A stretch of DNA of 64,000 nt from Bacteroidia bacterium (GTDB taxonomy: Bacteria > Bacteroidota > Bacteroidia > SXHM01), in assembly GCA_050186075.1 (NCBI GenBank), contig JBFWYU010000019.1:18096-82095 (forward strand), written 5' to 3'. Of this stretch, positions 20,319 to 29,649 are shown in pieces (position 1 is the stretch's first letter; every line of letters starts with the position of its first letter). The notes under the pieces are model-generated. The model saw only the letters and a program-made list of their open reading frames with translations. It was not told where the DNA came from and ran no database searches. A program made the translations under genes and the position numbers.

Positions 20319-21530
20319 TTAGAAATTTACCTGAGCCTGAAGCCTTAGCAAGTTACCGCTTTGTTTATTATTCTGTTTAGAAAAATCCTCAAATCTGCGG
20401 TCAGACATAGTGTACATAGCAACAAATTCAAAGTTCTTAAATGGCTGCCACTCTACGCCTACTTCATACTCATGAACAGTATAGCTGCGAGCATCTTTTT
20501 CATGTTTTTTTCCTCCGTCATAATACTGCGCTCTTACAAAAGGATAAATAAAGTGCTTCCCAATTTTTGCCATATAGTTCAATGTTATATATCCACCGGT
20601 GAGGCTTTTTGTATCAATAGAATCGGTGGCATTATTAAACTCCGGTCCCTGACCAATGTTATACTCTGCCTGAATACCGAAAGGACGAGGGTAAAGTACA
20701 AAACTTACTGCTGCACGTTGGTCAAGATAATTTAGACTGTTATTGGTTTTTACACCCGTTGACAATAAATCAGAAGGCATTACATATTTACCAAAATATC
20801 CCTGAATTGAAGGCTCAATAATCTGATTGCCGATTTGGAAAGGATAGGTTAAACGTGCCACTAAATGTGGTTCTTTGTTCAGTTCCAGCTTGTTTGCTGT
20901 TTGTCCGTTGTATATTCCAATTCCAAAAACGCCATAATCACCTGAGCCTTTATAGCCATCGCGCACCAGCATAGAAAAACGTTCACGTATTTTTTCGGGA
21001 GCCCAGTAAAAGAAAATACCTAAATCTCGCTCGTTAGAAAGAGCACTGTTCAATGCATCATTTCGGTCCAGGGGCAAGCGGTTTTGGCTCGACTGTAAAT
21101 TCTCAAAACCAAAAGGAACCTTACTCTGTCCTATACGAAAGCGAAACTGATTTTTTTTATCAATTCCTATATCAAAATAAGCATCTCTTACCTGCCCGAA
21201 GTGCAACCCGGTTGAACTGGCAGAACTGCCAAAGTCAGGTTGAAAATAAAAATACACCTGTTTATGAATTTGACCGAAGAAGATAATCCGTAAGCGTCTG
21301 AAGAAAAAACCTCCGCCATCGCCCCATGATTTATCGCACTGCTCACATTTCAAATCAGGATTGGTTTCCAAAAGCCTGTTGTAGCGCACCTGCATATACC
21401 CACGGATATTGATACTTTCATACCAATGCTTCTTGGGCTCCTCCTTTTTTGTGCTGTCTGCCGGTGAAAAGCCAAATGCATTCTGTGCAGCAAAGAACAT
21501 TACCAAAATGTAAAGCAATTGTTTATTCAT
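20319..21530 (-). CDS. OprO/OprP-family phosphate-selective porin
   Basis: Signal peptide; FFFRRLRIIFFG, RDAYFD, GQSKVPFGFENLQSS, ERDLG; C-terminal F. Confidence 0.85.
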   Translation of the reverse strand: MNKQLLYILVMFFAAQNAFGFSPADSTKKEEPKKHWYESINIRGYMQVRYNRLLETNPDLKCEQCDKSWGDGGGFFFRRLRIIFFGQIHKQVYFYFQPDFGSSASSTGLHFGQVRDAYFDIGIDKKNQFRFRIGQSKVPFGFENLQSSQNRLPLDRNDALNSALSNERDLGIFFYWAPEKIRERFSMLVRDGYKGSGDYGVFGIGIYNGQTANKLELNKEPHLVARLTYPFQIGNQIIEPSIQGYFGKYVMPSDLLSTGVKTNNSLNYLDQRAAVSFVLYPRPFGIQAEYNIGQGPEFNNATDSIDTKSLTGGYITLNYMAKIGKHFIYPFVRAQYYDGGKKHEKDARSYTVHEYEVGVEWQPFKNFEFVAMYTMSDRRFEDFSKQNNKQSGNLLRLQAQVNF

Positions 21531-21576
21531 TGTAAGTTTAATGTTATGTAATGGTTAAGTATTTTTAAAAACGCGG

Positions 21577-21643
21577 CAAAAATGGAGTATACAAACGGCT
21601 CAAAAATTACGAACAGTTTAACTCTATGTTAAGAAATTGTGAA
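21577..21643 (-). promoter_or_regulatory. Porin promoter with four putative Pho-box half-sites
   Basis: Minus-strand TTCAC 21639, TTAAC 21628, TTAAA 21617, GTAAT 21606 (11-bp phase); CATTTTTGCC -7-like motif near 21577-21584. Confidence 0.7.
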
Positions 21644-21709
21644 CAGATTAGTTTATTAGGCATACTTAGGCAGTAGCTGTACTTATCAAAAACATATAAA
21701 AACAGAGTA

Positions 21710-22024
21710 AGAAGTCACGTGTACTAAACAAGTAGTCATGACTACAAAACCTGTAGTCGTGACTACCAAACCAGTAGTCATGACTTTAAGGTTAGAAGTC
21801 ATGACTTTAAGGTTAGAAGTCATGACTTCTCGGTTTTAGCAGGGGTGCAGAAGCTATAAAGTCATGACCGGAGGTTTAGAAGTCGTGACTACTAAGTTAG
21901 TAGTCATGACCGGAAGGTTAGTAGTCATGACTACTGGTTTAGTTTTTATGACTTCCAGGTAAGAAGTCATGACTTTTAAGTTAGAAGTCGTGACTTCTAA
22001 CTTAAAAGTCGCGACTTTAAGAAT
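21710..22024. repeat. Tandem array of 15 x 21-bp units, each a 16-bp palindrome (AGWAGTCATGACTWCT) plus a 5-bp linker
   Basis: Units begin at 21710, 21731, 21752 ... 22004 in exact 21-bp phase; unit 7 (21836-21856) is unrelated sequence but keeps the phase. Confidence 0.92.
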
Positions 22025-22116
22025 ACGATGTGCTTATAAATGAGCAAAATCATATTTCAATAACAAATTGCAAGCTACCATTGCAGTATTATTATTGATA
22101 CACCTCTTGAGGTAAC

Positions 22117-23028
22117 ATGAAAACCCTGATTGTTTTACTTATTGCACAACTTACGGCTACCTTAACCATAGGCCAAACGGCAGAGGAGTATTTTAAAAGA
22201 GCGGTTACCAAAGATAGCCTGAAGGATTACAGAGGTGCCATAGCCAACTACAACAAGGTAATTGAATTTGACCCTTTGAATGCCGAGGCCTATAACAACC
22301 GCGGAATTGCCCGTCACATGCTGCACGATTACAAAGCAGCCATTGCCGATTACGATAAAAGCATTGAACTGAATTCAGGGCAGGCAAAAACCTATTACAA
22401 CCGCGGAGCTTCAAAAGCCGAACTGAATAACCCTGCAGGGGCCATTGCAGACTACAACACAGCAATTGAAATTGACCCTGAACAGGCAAAATTCTGGTCG
22501 GGCCGGGGCTCGGCAAAGCATGTGCTGCAGGATTATAGGGAAGCAATAGCAGATTTCAGCAAAGCCATTGCGCTGGACCCCGAAGATGAAGTGGCCTACA
22601 ATAACCGGGGAACCTCAAAAAAGAATATACTCGACTATAAGGGAGCTATGGAAGACTTTAACAAAGCAATTGAACTTGACCCCACCCACGCGGTGCGCTA
22701 TACCAACAGAGGACTTTTAAAAATCAGTCTTCAGGATTTAAAAGGAGCAATAGCAGATTTCAGCACAGCAATAGAAATAGACCCTAAGTACATTGATGCC
22801 TGGTTTAACCGGGGGCTTACAAAAGCTAATCTTCAAAACCACAGAGGCGCGGTGGCCGACCTTAGCAAAGTAATTGAACTTGACCCCGAAAATACAGTGG
22901 CCTGGTATAACAGAGGTCTTTCTAAAGTGCAGCTAAAGCAGAAAGAGAGCGGATGCATTGATTTGAACAAGGCAAAAAAAGCAGGCCACCGCGATGCTGT
23001 TGAAGCAGTAAGGCAATATTGCAGGTAA
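22117..23028 (+). CDS. Exported tetratricopeptide repeat protein
   Basis: Signal peptide; about 8 repeats of AYNNRG...AIADxxKAIELDP. Confidence 0.92.
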   Translation: MKTLIVLLIAQLTATLTIGQTAEEYFKRAVTKDSLKDYRGAIANYNKVIEFDPLNAEAYNNRGIARHMLHDYKAAIADYDKSIELNSGQAKTYYNRGASKAELNNPAGAIADYNTAIEIDPEQAKFWSGRGSAKHVLQDYREAIADFSKAIALDPEDEVAYNNRGTSKKNILDYKGAMEDFNKAIELDPTHAVRYTNRGLLKISLQDLKGAIADFSTAIEIDPKYIDAWFNRGLTKANLQNHRGAVADLSKVIELDPENTVAWYNRGLSKVQLKQKESGCIDLNKAKKAGHRDAVEAVRQYCR

Positions 23029-23103
23029 AACACCTTCCGCACTAATCAGGAATACACTTCCGTAATCAAACCCATTGACTTTCTTCGTAGGTTTGGGGCC
23101 TCT

Positions 23104-23940
23104 ATGGAATTTATTACCGACCATAAATCATTTTTCAGCGCAGCAATAGTCATTATTGTTGCCATTGTTGCCTCGCGTATTATCCGCAGGCTGCTGAAAC
23201 GTTTTTTTGACCAGAGCTCAGAGCACCTGAATGTTGACCCTACGCGCTACCGCTTTTTCCGCAACATGGTTGACCTTCTTATTTTTACCCTTGCGGGAAT
23301 ACTGGTAGCCTACAGCATACCCGCCCTGCGCACACTGGGGCTTACTTTATTTGCCGGTGCCGGTATTATTGCTGCCATTGTGGGTTTTGCATCGCAGCAG
23401 GCTTTCAGCAATATCATCAGCGGTATTTTCATTGTTATTTTTCGCCCCTTCCGTGTAAACGATATTATTAAAGTAGGCAGTTTCGACAGCGGCATTGTGG
23501 AAGACATTACCCTGCGCCACACCGTTATCCGCAGTTTTGAAAACCGCAGACTGGTTATACCCAATGCCGTAATCAGCGAGCAAACGGTGCTTAATTCAAG
23601 CCTTGTAGACGAACATGTGTGTATGTATATTGAAGTAGGCATTAGCTATGAAAGCGATGTGGACAAAGCGATTGCCATTATGCAGGACGAATGTGCAAAG
23701 CATCCTTTCTGTGTTGACCAGCGCACGGTTGAGCAGGAAAACACGGCCAGACCTAAAGTAGAGGTTAACGTTTTAAACTTAACCGAAACGGCTGTGGTGC
23801 TGCGTGCAGGAGCCTGGGCAGACGATGCCATTAAAGGTTTTCAGATGAAGTGCGACCTGCTGCTGACCATTAAAAAGCGCTTTGATGCAGAGGGCATTGA
23901 GTTTCCCTTTCACTACCGCACCACTGTTTTTAAAAACTAA
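23104..23940 (+). CDS. MscS-family mechanosensitive channel
   Basis: GFASQQAFSNIISG, RPFRVND, VEDITLRHT, VIPN. Confidence 0.92.
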   Translation: MEFITDHKSFFSAAIVIIVAIVASRIIRRLLKRFFDQSSEHLNVDPTRYRFFRNMVDLLIFTLAGILVAYSIPALRTLGLTLFAGAGIIAAIVGFASQQAFSNIISGIFIVIFRPFRVNDIIKVGSFDSGIVEDITLRHTVIRSFENRRLVIPNAVISEQTVLNSSLVDEHVCMYIEVGISYESDVDKAIAIMQDECAKHPFCVDQRTVEQENTARPKVEVNVLNLTETAVVLRAGAWADDAIKGFQMKCDLLLTIKKRFDAEGIEFPFHYRTTVFKN

Positions 23941-23942
23941 AA

Positions 23943-25004
23943 ATGGGCAAAAACAGCAGACGTAAAAAACGCGACAGCCTTCCCTTCGGAACGCTGGTTC
24001 CTGTTGGCGACAAGCCCGGAATAGAACAGGTGCTCATCAGCAACATCAGTTACACATCGGGCTATTACAACGAGAATCATGCGGTGGATGTAAACAACCT
24101 TGCCAAAGAAATAACCGAAGATAAATTCCATTGGATTAATATCAACAGCCTGTATGATTTGAATTTACTGGAAAAAGTGGGCAAGCACTTCGGGCTGCAC
24201 AACCTGCTGCTGGAAGATATTCTGCAAACCGAACACATTCCTAAATACGAAGAGTTTGATAAGCACCTGTTCATTACCCTTAAAATGATTTCAGTTACCG
24301 AAGAAGGCAAAATTGAATTTGAACAGGTGGCTGTGGTACTGGGTAAAAACTATGTTATTTCGTTTCAGGAACAGCCGGGCGATTTCTTTGACCCTGTGCG
24401 CAAACGCCTGCTCGACCCTACGGCACAGGTGCGCAACAAAAGTTCCGATTTTCTTTTTTTCAGATTGATTGATGTGGTGGTTGACAACTACTTTGTGGTG
24501 CTTGAAAACATTGCCGACCAGATGGAAGAAATGGAAGCCCGCACCATGGGCGAAAATGAAGAAGACAACCTGCGCGAAATTCTTAACGTGAAGAAAAACC
24601 TTATTCACCTTCGCAAATCAGTTTTTCCATTACGCGAAGCATTATCTAAACTGAGCAAAACCGAATCAGAGATTATTCTGGATAACAACCTGAAATACCT
24701 GAGCGATATTTACGACCATACTATTCACGTTATTCAGTCTATTGAAACCTACCGCGATCTGGTTTCAAGTCTTATGGATCTGCACTTGTCAAGCATCAGC
24801 TACCGCATGAATGTGGTGATGAAAGTGCTGACTATTATTTCTACCATTTTTATTCCGCTCACCTTTCTGGCCGGTGTTTACGGCATGAATTTTAAATATT
24901 TTCCCGAACTGCAATGGCAATACGCCTACCCTGCTTTCTGGGGAATTTGCATTGTGATTTTTGTTGCCATGATGTTTTATTTCAAAAAGAAAAAGTGGCT
25001 GTAA
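23943..25004 (+). CDS. corA: Magnesium/cobalt transporter
   Basis: VMKVLTIISTIFIPLTFLAGVYGMNF signature. Confidence 0.95.
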   Translation: MGKNSRRKKRDSLPFGTLVPVGDKPGIEQVLISNISYTSGYYNENHAVDVNNLAKEITEDKFHWININSLYDLNLLEKVGKHFGLHNLLLEDILQTEHIPKYEEFDKHLFITLKMISVTEEGKIEFEQVAVVLGKNYVISFQEQPGDFFDPVRKRLLDPTAQVRNKSSDFLFFRLIDVVVDNYFVVLENIADQMEEMEARTMGENEEDNLREILNVKKNLIHLRKSVFPLREALSKLSKTESEIILDNNLKYLSDIYDHTIHVIQSIETYRDLVSSLMDLHLSSISYRMNVVMKVLTIISTIFIPLTFLAGVYGMNFKYFPELQWQYAYPAFWGICIVIFVAMMFYFKKKKWL

Positions 25005-25433
25005 ATGGGTAGAATACTGGCAATAGATTTCGGAACAAAGCGCACGGGCATTGCCGTTACCGATACTTCAAAAATTATAGCCACCGGACTGGCAACTGTT
25101 GCAACGCACGAAGCCATTGAATTTCTGAAAAAATACATTGCCAGAGAAGAAGTGGAATGCATTGTTGTTGGCGAGCCCAAACGCATGAATAATGAGCCTG
25201 CACAGGCAGCGGCAGGCACCGAACTGTTTATTAAGCAACTGCAAAAACATTTCCCTAACCTTAAAATTGAACGCGAAGACGAACGCTTTACTTCTAAAAT
25301 GGCTTTTCAAACCATGATTGATGGCGGACTGGGAAAAAAGGCGCGCCAGAACAAAGAGCTGGTAGATACCATCAGCGCAACTATTATTCTGCAAAGTTAT
25401 ATGGAGCGATTAAGCTCATCATCGAATAGCTAA
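25005..25433 (+). CDS. ruvX: YqgF/RuvX pre-16S rRNA nuclease
   Basis: ILAIDFGTKRTGIAVTD, VVGEP, DERFTS, VDTISATIILQSY. Confidence 0.93.
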   Translation: MGRILAIDFGTKRTGIAVTDTSKIIATGLATVATHEAIEFLKKYIAREEVECIVVGEPKRMNNEPAQAAAGTELFIKQLQKHFPNLKIEREDERFTSKMAFQTMIDGGLGKKARQNKELVDTISATIILQSYMERLSSSSNS

Positions 25434-25477
25434 TCCTTTGCGAATATACGAATGAGGAATTTCGTTATTCGTTGATA
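25417..25477. repeat. Short palindromic element (CGAAT/ATTCG family), overlapping the ruvX stop
   Basis: Shortened copy of 26080-26164: CGAATAGCTRATCCTTTRCGAATATRCGAATGA...TTCGTTATTCGTTGATA. Confidence 0.75.
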
Positions 25478-25514
25478 AACACAATCTCTATCTTTGCACT
25501 CTTAAAATTAAAAA

Positions 25515-26072
25515 ATGATTCTTCCCATAGTAGCCTACGGTGACCCCGTTCTGAAAAAAGTAGCCGAAGAAATAGACCCCGATTATCCCGGACTTGAAAA
25601 ACTGATTGCCGATATGTATGAAACCATGTATTCCAGCAAAGGTGTAGGATTGGCAGCCCCGCAAATCGGCAAATCAATACGGCTGTTTGTAATTGATGCT
25701 TCGCCTTTTGCTGATGAGTATCCCGAACTGGAAGGCTGGAAACGAACATTTATTAATCCGCAGATACTGGAAGAAGAAGGCGAGGAATGGGATTTTAACG
25801 AAGGCTGCCTCAGTATTCCCGGCATACGCGAAGATGTGGAACGCAAGCCCGAATTAATTCTGGAGTATGAAGACGAGAACTTTGAACTGCACGAAGAAAA
25901 ATTTGATGGCGTTATTGCCCGCGTTATTCAACATGAATACGACCACCTGGAAGGCATACTCTTTACCGACCATTTAAGTCCATTGAAAAAACGTTTGCTC
26001 AAAGGCAAGCTGAATGATATTTCAAAAGGGATTGTGGATGTGAACTATAAGATGAAATTTCCGAAAAGATAG
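25515..26072 (+). CDS. def: Peptide deformylase
   Basis: GVGLAAPQIG, EGCLSIP, QHEYDHLEG. Confidence 0.97.
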   Translation: MILPIVAYGDPVLKKVAEEIDPDYPGLEKLIADMYETMYSSKGVGLAAPQIGKSIRLFVIDASPFADEYPELEGWKRTFINPQILEEEGEEWDFNEGCLSIPGIREDVERKPELILEYEDENFELHEEKFDGVIARVIQHEYDHLEGILFTDHLSPLKKRLLKGKLNDISKGIVDVNYKMKFPKR

Positions 26073-26079
26073 AAACCCC

Positions 26080-26164
26080 ATCAACGAATAGCTGATCCTT
26101 TACGAATATGCGAATGACAGCATTTCACATTCGTATATTCGCACCCAATTCGTTATTCGTTGAT
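26080..26164. repeat. Short palindromic element (CGAAT/ATTCG family)
   Basis: Terminal inverted repeat ATCAACGAATA/TATTCGTTGAT; inner CGAATATGCGAATG/CATTCGTATATTCG. Confidence 0.8.
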
Positions 26165-26177
26165 AAAATACTTAATT

Positions 26178-26717
26178 ATGAAACGCTACCTACTGCTCAC
26201 TGCCTACTGCCTGCTACTTACTTTAGCCTCCTGCACCAGCGAACAACAAAAACTGGAACAGGCCATTGCTGCAAAAGAAAAGGAATTGTATGGCGACAGC
26301 ACCATGAAAGTTGATTTTTCAAAAGCCAAAGACATGATTGCGCTCTATGCCGACTTTGTGAAACAATATCCTGAGGATGAAAAAGCAGAGGATTATCTCT
26401 TTAAAGCCGGAGAAGTAAGTATGGGCGCTATGCAAAGCAATGTGGCCATCAAATATTTTGAGCAGTATTATCAGAAATTTCCGAAAGCAGAGAAAGCGCC
26501 TTACAGCTTGTTTATGCAGGGTTTTATTTACGAGACACAATTACAAAACACCGAAAAAGCAAAATGGTGTTACGAGAAATTTATCCGCGATTTCCCTGAA
26601 CACAAACTGGCTGAAGACGCCAAATACTCTATTGCTAACCTTGGCAAAAGCGAGGAAGAATTAATTCGCGAATTTGAGGCAAAACTAAAAGGCGATAGTG
26701 CAACAGTAACTAACTAA
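26178..26717 (+). CDS. TPR lipoprotein (BamD/YbgF-like repeats)
   Basis: Lipobox LAS-C after MKRYLLL...; YPEDEKAEDYLF and FPKAEKAPYSLFMQGFIYE TPR pattern. Confidence 0.75.
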   Translation: MKRYLLLTAYCLLLTLASCTSEQQKLEQAIAAKEKELYGDSTMKVDFSKAKDMIALYADFVKQYPEDEKAEDYLFKAGEVSMGAMQSNVAIKYFEQYYQKFPKAEKAPYSLFMQGFIYETQLQNTEKAKWCYEKFIRDFPEHKLAEDAKYSIANLGKSEEELIREFEAKLKGDSATVTN

Positions 26718-26724
26718 TTTAATC

Positions 26725-27372
26725 ATGGAATTATTCGGGGCTAAACTGCTTAACGTTGAAGATTTCAGCGAACTTATTTTTCGCTTTGTGTTCAACTTTG
26801 TGTTCATGATTATTATTGTGCGGCTGATCTACTATCCGGTACAAAAACGCAAAGACTACCTGTTCACGTATATCATTCTTAACATTCTTATTTTCTTCAT
26901 CAGCTTTTTGCTGAGCAGTGTAAAACTGCAACTTGGTTTTGCATTCGGGCTGTTTGCGGTATTCAGCATTTTGCGTTACCGCACCGAAGCACTGCCTATT
27001 AAAGAAATGAGCTACCTGTTTATTGTTATAGGTCTGGCTGTTATCAATGCGCTGGCAAATAAAAAAATAAGTTGGGCCGAATTACTGTTTACCAATACAG
27101 CCATTCTGGGTATTACCTACGGACTTGAAAAACTATGGCTGCTGCGCCACGAAACCCAACGCTTAGTTATTTATGAAAATCTGGAATTAATAAAGCCCGA
27201 AAACAAAGACAAGCTGATTGCAGACCTGAATAACCTTACCGGACTAAACATTACCCGCACCCGCCTGAAGAAAATTGATTTCAAACGCAAGGTGGCTTCT
27301 ATCTACATCTTTTATTACGAAGACAAGCCGGAGGGTTATAGCAGCGTACCTGACGGGGGCGATGATGATTAG
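26725..27372 (+). CDS. DUF4956 membrane protein
   Basis: GFAFGLFAVFSILRYRT, KEMSYLF. Confidence 0.85.
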   Translation: MELFGAKLLNVEDFSELIFRFVFNFVFMIIIVRLIYYPVQKRKDYLFTYIILNILIFFISFLLSSVKLQLGFAFGLFAVFSILRYRTEALPIKEMSYLFIVIGLAVINALANKKISWAELLFTNTAILGITYGLEKLWLLRHETQRLVIYENLELIKPENKDKLIADLNNLTGLNITRTRLKKIDFKRKVASIYIFYYEDKPEGYSSVPDGGDDD

Positions 27373-27389
27373 TGGTTAACGTGTATTAT

Positions 27390-28487
27390 TTACACATTAA
27401 ACCTAAAGTGCATCACATCTCCATCCCCTACTACATACTCCTTACCTTCAATGGTAAGTTTTCCGTTTTCGCGGGCAGCGGCCTCTGAGCCAAAGGTTAC
27501 AAAATCGTTGTATTTAATAGTCTCGGCACGGATAAACCCTTTTTCAAAATCGCTGTGGATAACACCGGCAGCCTGAGGGGCAGTCATGCCTTTAGTAATA
27601 GTCCAGGCGCGCACTTCTTTTACCCCTGCTGTAAAGTAAGTGCTCAGGTTAAGCAAGCGGTAAGCCGCTTTAATCAGTTTATTTACTCCGGGTTCGCTCA
27701 AACCTAAGTCGGCAAGAAAGTCCTTTCGGTCATCAGGGCTATCCATGGAAGCAATTTCTGATTCAATAGCAGCAGAAATCAGGAGCACTTCGGCACCTTC
27801 GTTCTTCACTGCTTCTTTTACTAATTCAGAATATTTATTTCCGTTTACCACCGAAGCTTCGTCTACGTTACAAACATAAAGCACCGGCTTGTCGGTAAGC
27901 AAATGAATGTCGTCAATCACAGAGCGGTCTTTGCCCTCAACAGGTGCACTGCGTGCTGATTTACCTTGTTCTAAGTGGTTCTTGAAAATGGCCAGTAACT
28001 CGTATTCTTTCTTGGCATCTTTATCACCCGTTTTTGCAGAACGCTCCAGCTTCTGCATCTTCTTTTCCACCGATTCCAAGTCTTTCAGTTGCAACTCAAA
28101 GTCAATGGTTTCTTTGTCGCGGATAGGATTTACCGAGCCGTCAACGTGCACCACGTTAGGATCTTCAAAGCAACGCAATACGTGAATAATAGCGTTGGTA
28201 TCGCGTATGTTGGCAAGAAATTTATTTCCAAGCCCCTCGCCTTTGCTGGCACCTTTTACCAGACCAGCAATGTCCACAATCTCAATAACAGTGGGTACTA
28301 CACGCTCAGGCTTTACAAACTCACTCAGTTTATTAAGCCTTTCATCGGGCACGGTAATAACACCCACGTTAGGCTCAATGGTGCAGAACGGAAAATTAGC
28401 CGCCTGCGCCTTGGCATTTGATAAACAGTTAAACAAGGTTGATTTACCCACGTTTGGCAAACCCACTATTCCGCATTGTAATCCCAT
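27390..28487 (-). CDS. ychF: Redox-regulated ATPase YchF
   Basis: GIVGLPNVGKSTLFN, ANFPFCTIEPN, DIAGLVKGAS, TGS-domain FRFNV end. Confidence 0.97.
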   Translation of the reverse strand: MGLQCGIVGLPNVGKSTLFNCLSNAKAQAANFPFCTIEPNVGVITVPDERLNKLSEFVKPERVVPTVIEIVDIAGLVKGASKGEGLGNKFLANIRDTNAIIHVLRCFEDPNVVHVDGSVNPIRDKETIDFELQLKDLESVEKKMQKLERSAKTGDKDAKKEYELLAIFKNHLEQGKSARSAPVEGKDRSVIDDIHLLTDKPVLYVCNVDEASVVNGNKYSELVKEAVKNEGAEVLLISAAIESEIASMDSPDDRKDFLADLGLSEPGVNKLIKAAYRLLNLSTYFTAGVKEVRAWTITKGMTAPQAAGVIHSDFEKGFIRAETIKYNDFVTFGSEAAARENGKLTIEGKEYVVGDGDVMHFRFNV

Positions 28488-28743
28488 AGTTATAGAACGC
28501 TGATTATTATGATTTTTATGGTTTTCGCAGATTTTAAATAATTCTGCTTCCCATCAAAAAAGCGCGCAAAGATATATGAAAAAGGTAGCAAGCGATAGAA
28601 CGCTGATTTTATCTTAATAAATCTTAATAATCATAAAAATCAGCGTTCCATCATCCAAGTATCTTTTCAAAAATTATTAACACACCAATTCTCACCTGCC
28701 ATTTAAACTACTTTTGAAACCTCAATAAATCCTCTCCCATCTT

Positions 28744-29589
28744 ATGCCAAACATTGACGAACTAAAAAGCATTGCTTCCCAAACCAGACGCGACATTGTG
28801 CGCATGGTTCATGCCGTAAACTCAGGCCACCCCGGAGGCTCACTCGGCTGCACCGATTTCTTTGTTGCGCTTTACCATGAAGTAATGAAGCCCGATGCAA
28901 AAAACTTTACCATGGATGGTATTGGCGAAGACCTTTTCTTTCTTTCCAACGGACATATCTCTCCGGTTTGGTATAGCGTGTTGGCACGTTACGGATATTT
29001 TCCGGTAAGCGAACTAGCAACGTTCCGTAAATTAAATACCCGTTTGCAGGGGCATCCTACAACGCACGAAGGCTTACCCGGTGTGCGCGTAGCTTCGGGT
29101 TCATTGGGTCAGGGACTTTCGGTTGCAATAGGTGCAGCATTGACCAAAAAACTGAATAACGATAAATCATTGGTTTATACGCTGCATGGCGATGGCGAAA
29201 TGCAGGAAGGACAAATTTGGGAAGCAGCCATGTACGCTGCTGCCAACAAGGTCGACAATATTATCGCTACAATTGACGTTAACGGAAGACAGATAGATGG
29301 CGACACCGACCAGGTGCTGAACATGGGCAGCCTTGAAGCAAAATGGCAGGCTTTTGGTTGGGAAGTAATGCACATGAACGGAAACGACATGCAGGAAGTA
29401 GTAAACGGATTGAACAAAGCCAAAACACTAACCGGCAAAGGAAAACCCGTTATGATTTTAATGAAAACCGAAATGGGAGCCGGAGTTGACTTTATGATGG
29501 GCAGCCACGAATGGCATGGAGTAGCACCTAACGATGCTCAATTAGAAAAAGCACTGGCACAGTTGGCAGAAACACAAAGCGATTACTAA
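28744..29589 (+). CDS. Transketolase, N-terminal subunit
   Basis: SGHPGGSL, LQGHP, SGSLGQG, GDGEMQEGQIWEA TPP-binding motifs. Confidence 0.93.
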   Translation: MPNIDELKSIASQTRRDIVRMVHAVNSGHPGGSLGCTDFFVALYHEVMKPDAKNFTMDGIGEDLFFLSNGHISPVWYSVLARYGYFPVSELATFRKLNTRLQGHPTTHEGLPGVRVASGSLGQGLSVAIGAALTKKLNNDKSLVYTLHGDGEMQEGQIWEAAMYAAANKVDNIIATIDVNGRQIDGDTDQVLNMGSLEAKWQAFGWEVMHMNGNDMQEVVNGLNKAKTLTGKGKPVMILMKTEMGAGVDFMMGSHEWHGVAPNDAQLEKALAQLAETQSDY

Positions 29590-29595
29590 ACAAAA

Positions 29596-29640
29596 TGTCA
29601 CCCAGCCTGTCCTGAGCGTAGTCGAAGGATAGTCGAAGGG
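29596..29640. repeat. REP-like element with a nested second copy
   Basis: TGTCACCC[AGCCTGTCCTGAGCGTAGTCGAAGGA]TAGTCGAAGGG. Confidence 0.75.
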
Positions 29641-29649
29641 CAATTATAT

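Noticed and set aside
21710-22024. CRISPR array
   Set aside because: Period is only 21 bp with 5-nt linkers, units are degenerate, and no cas genes are in the window.
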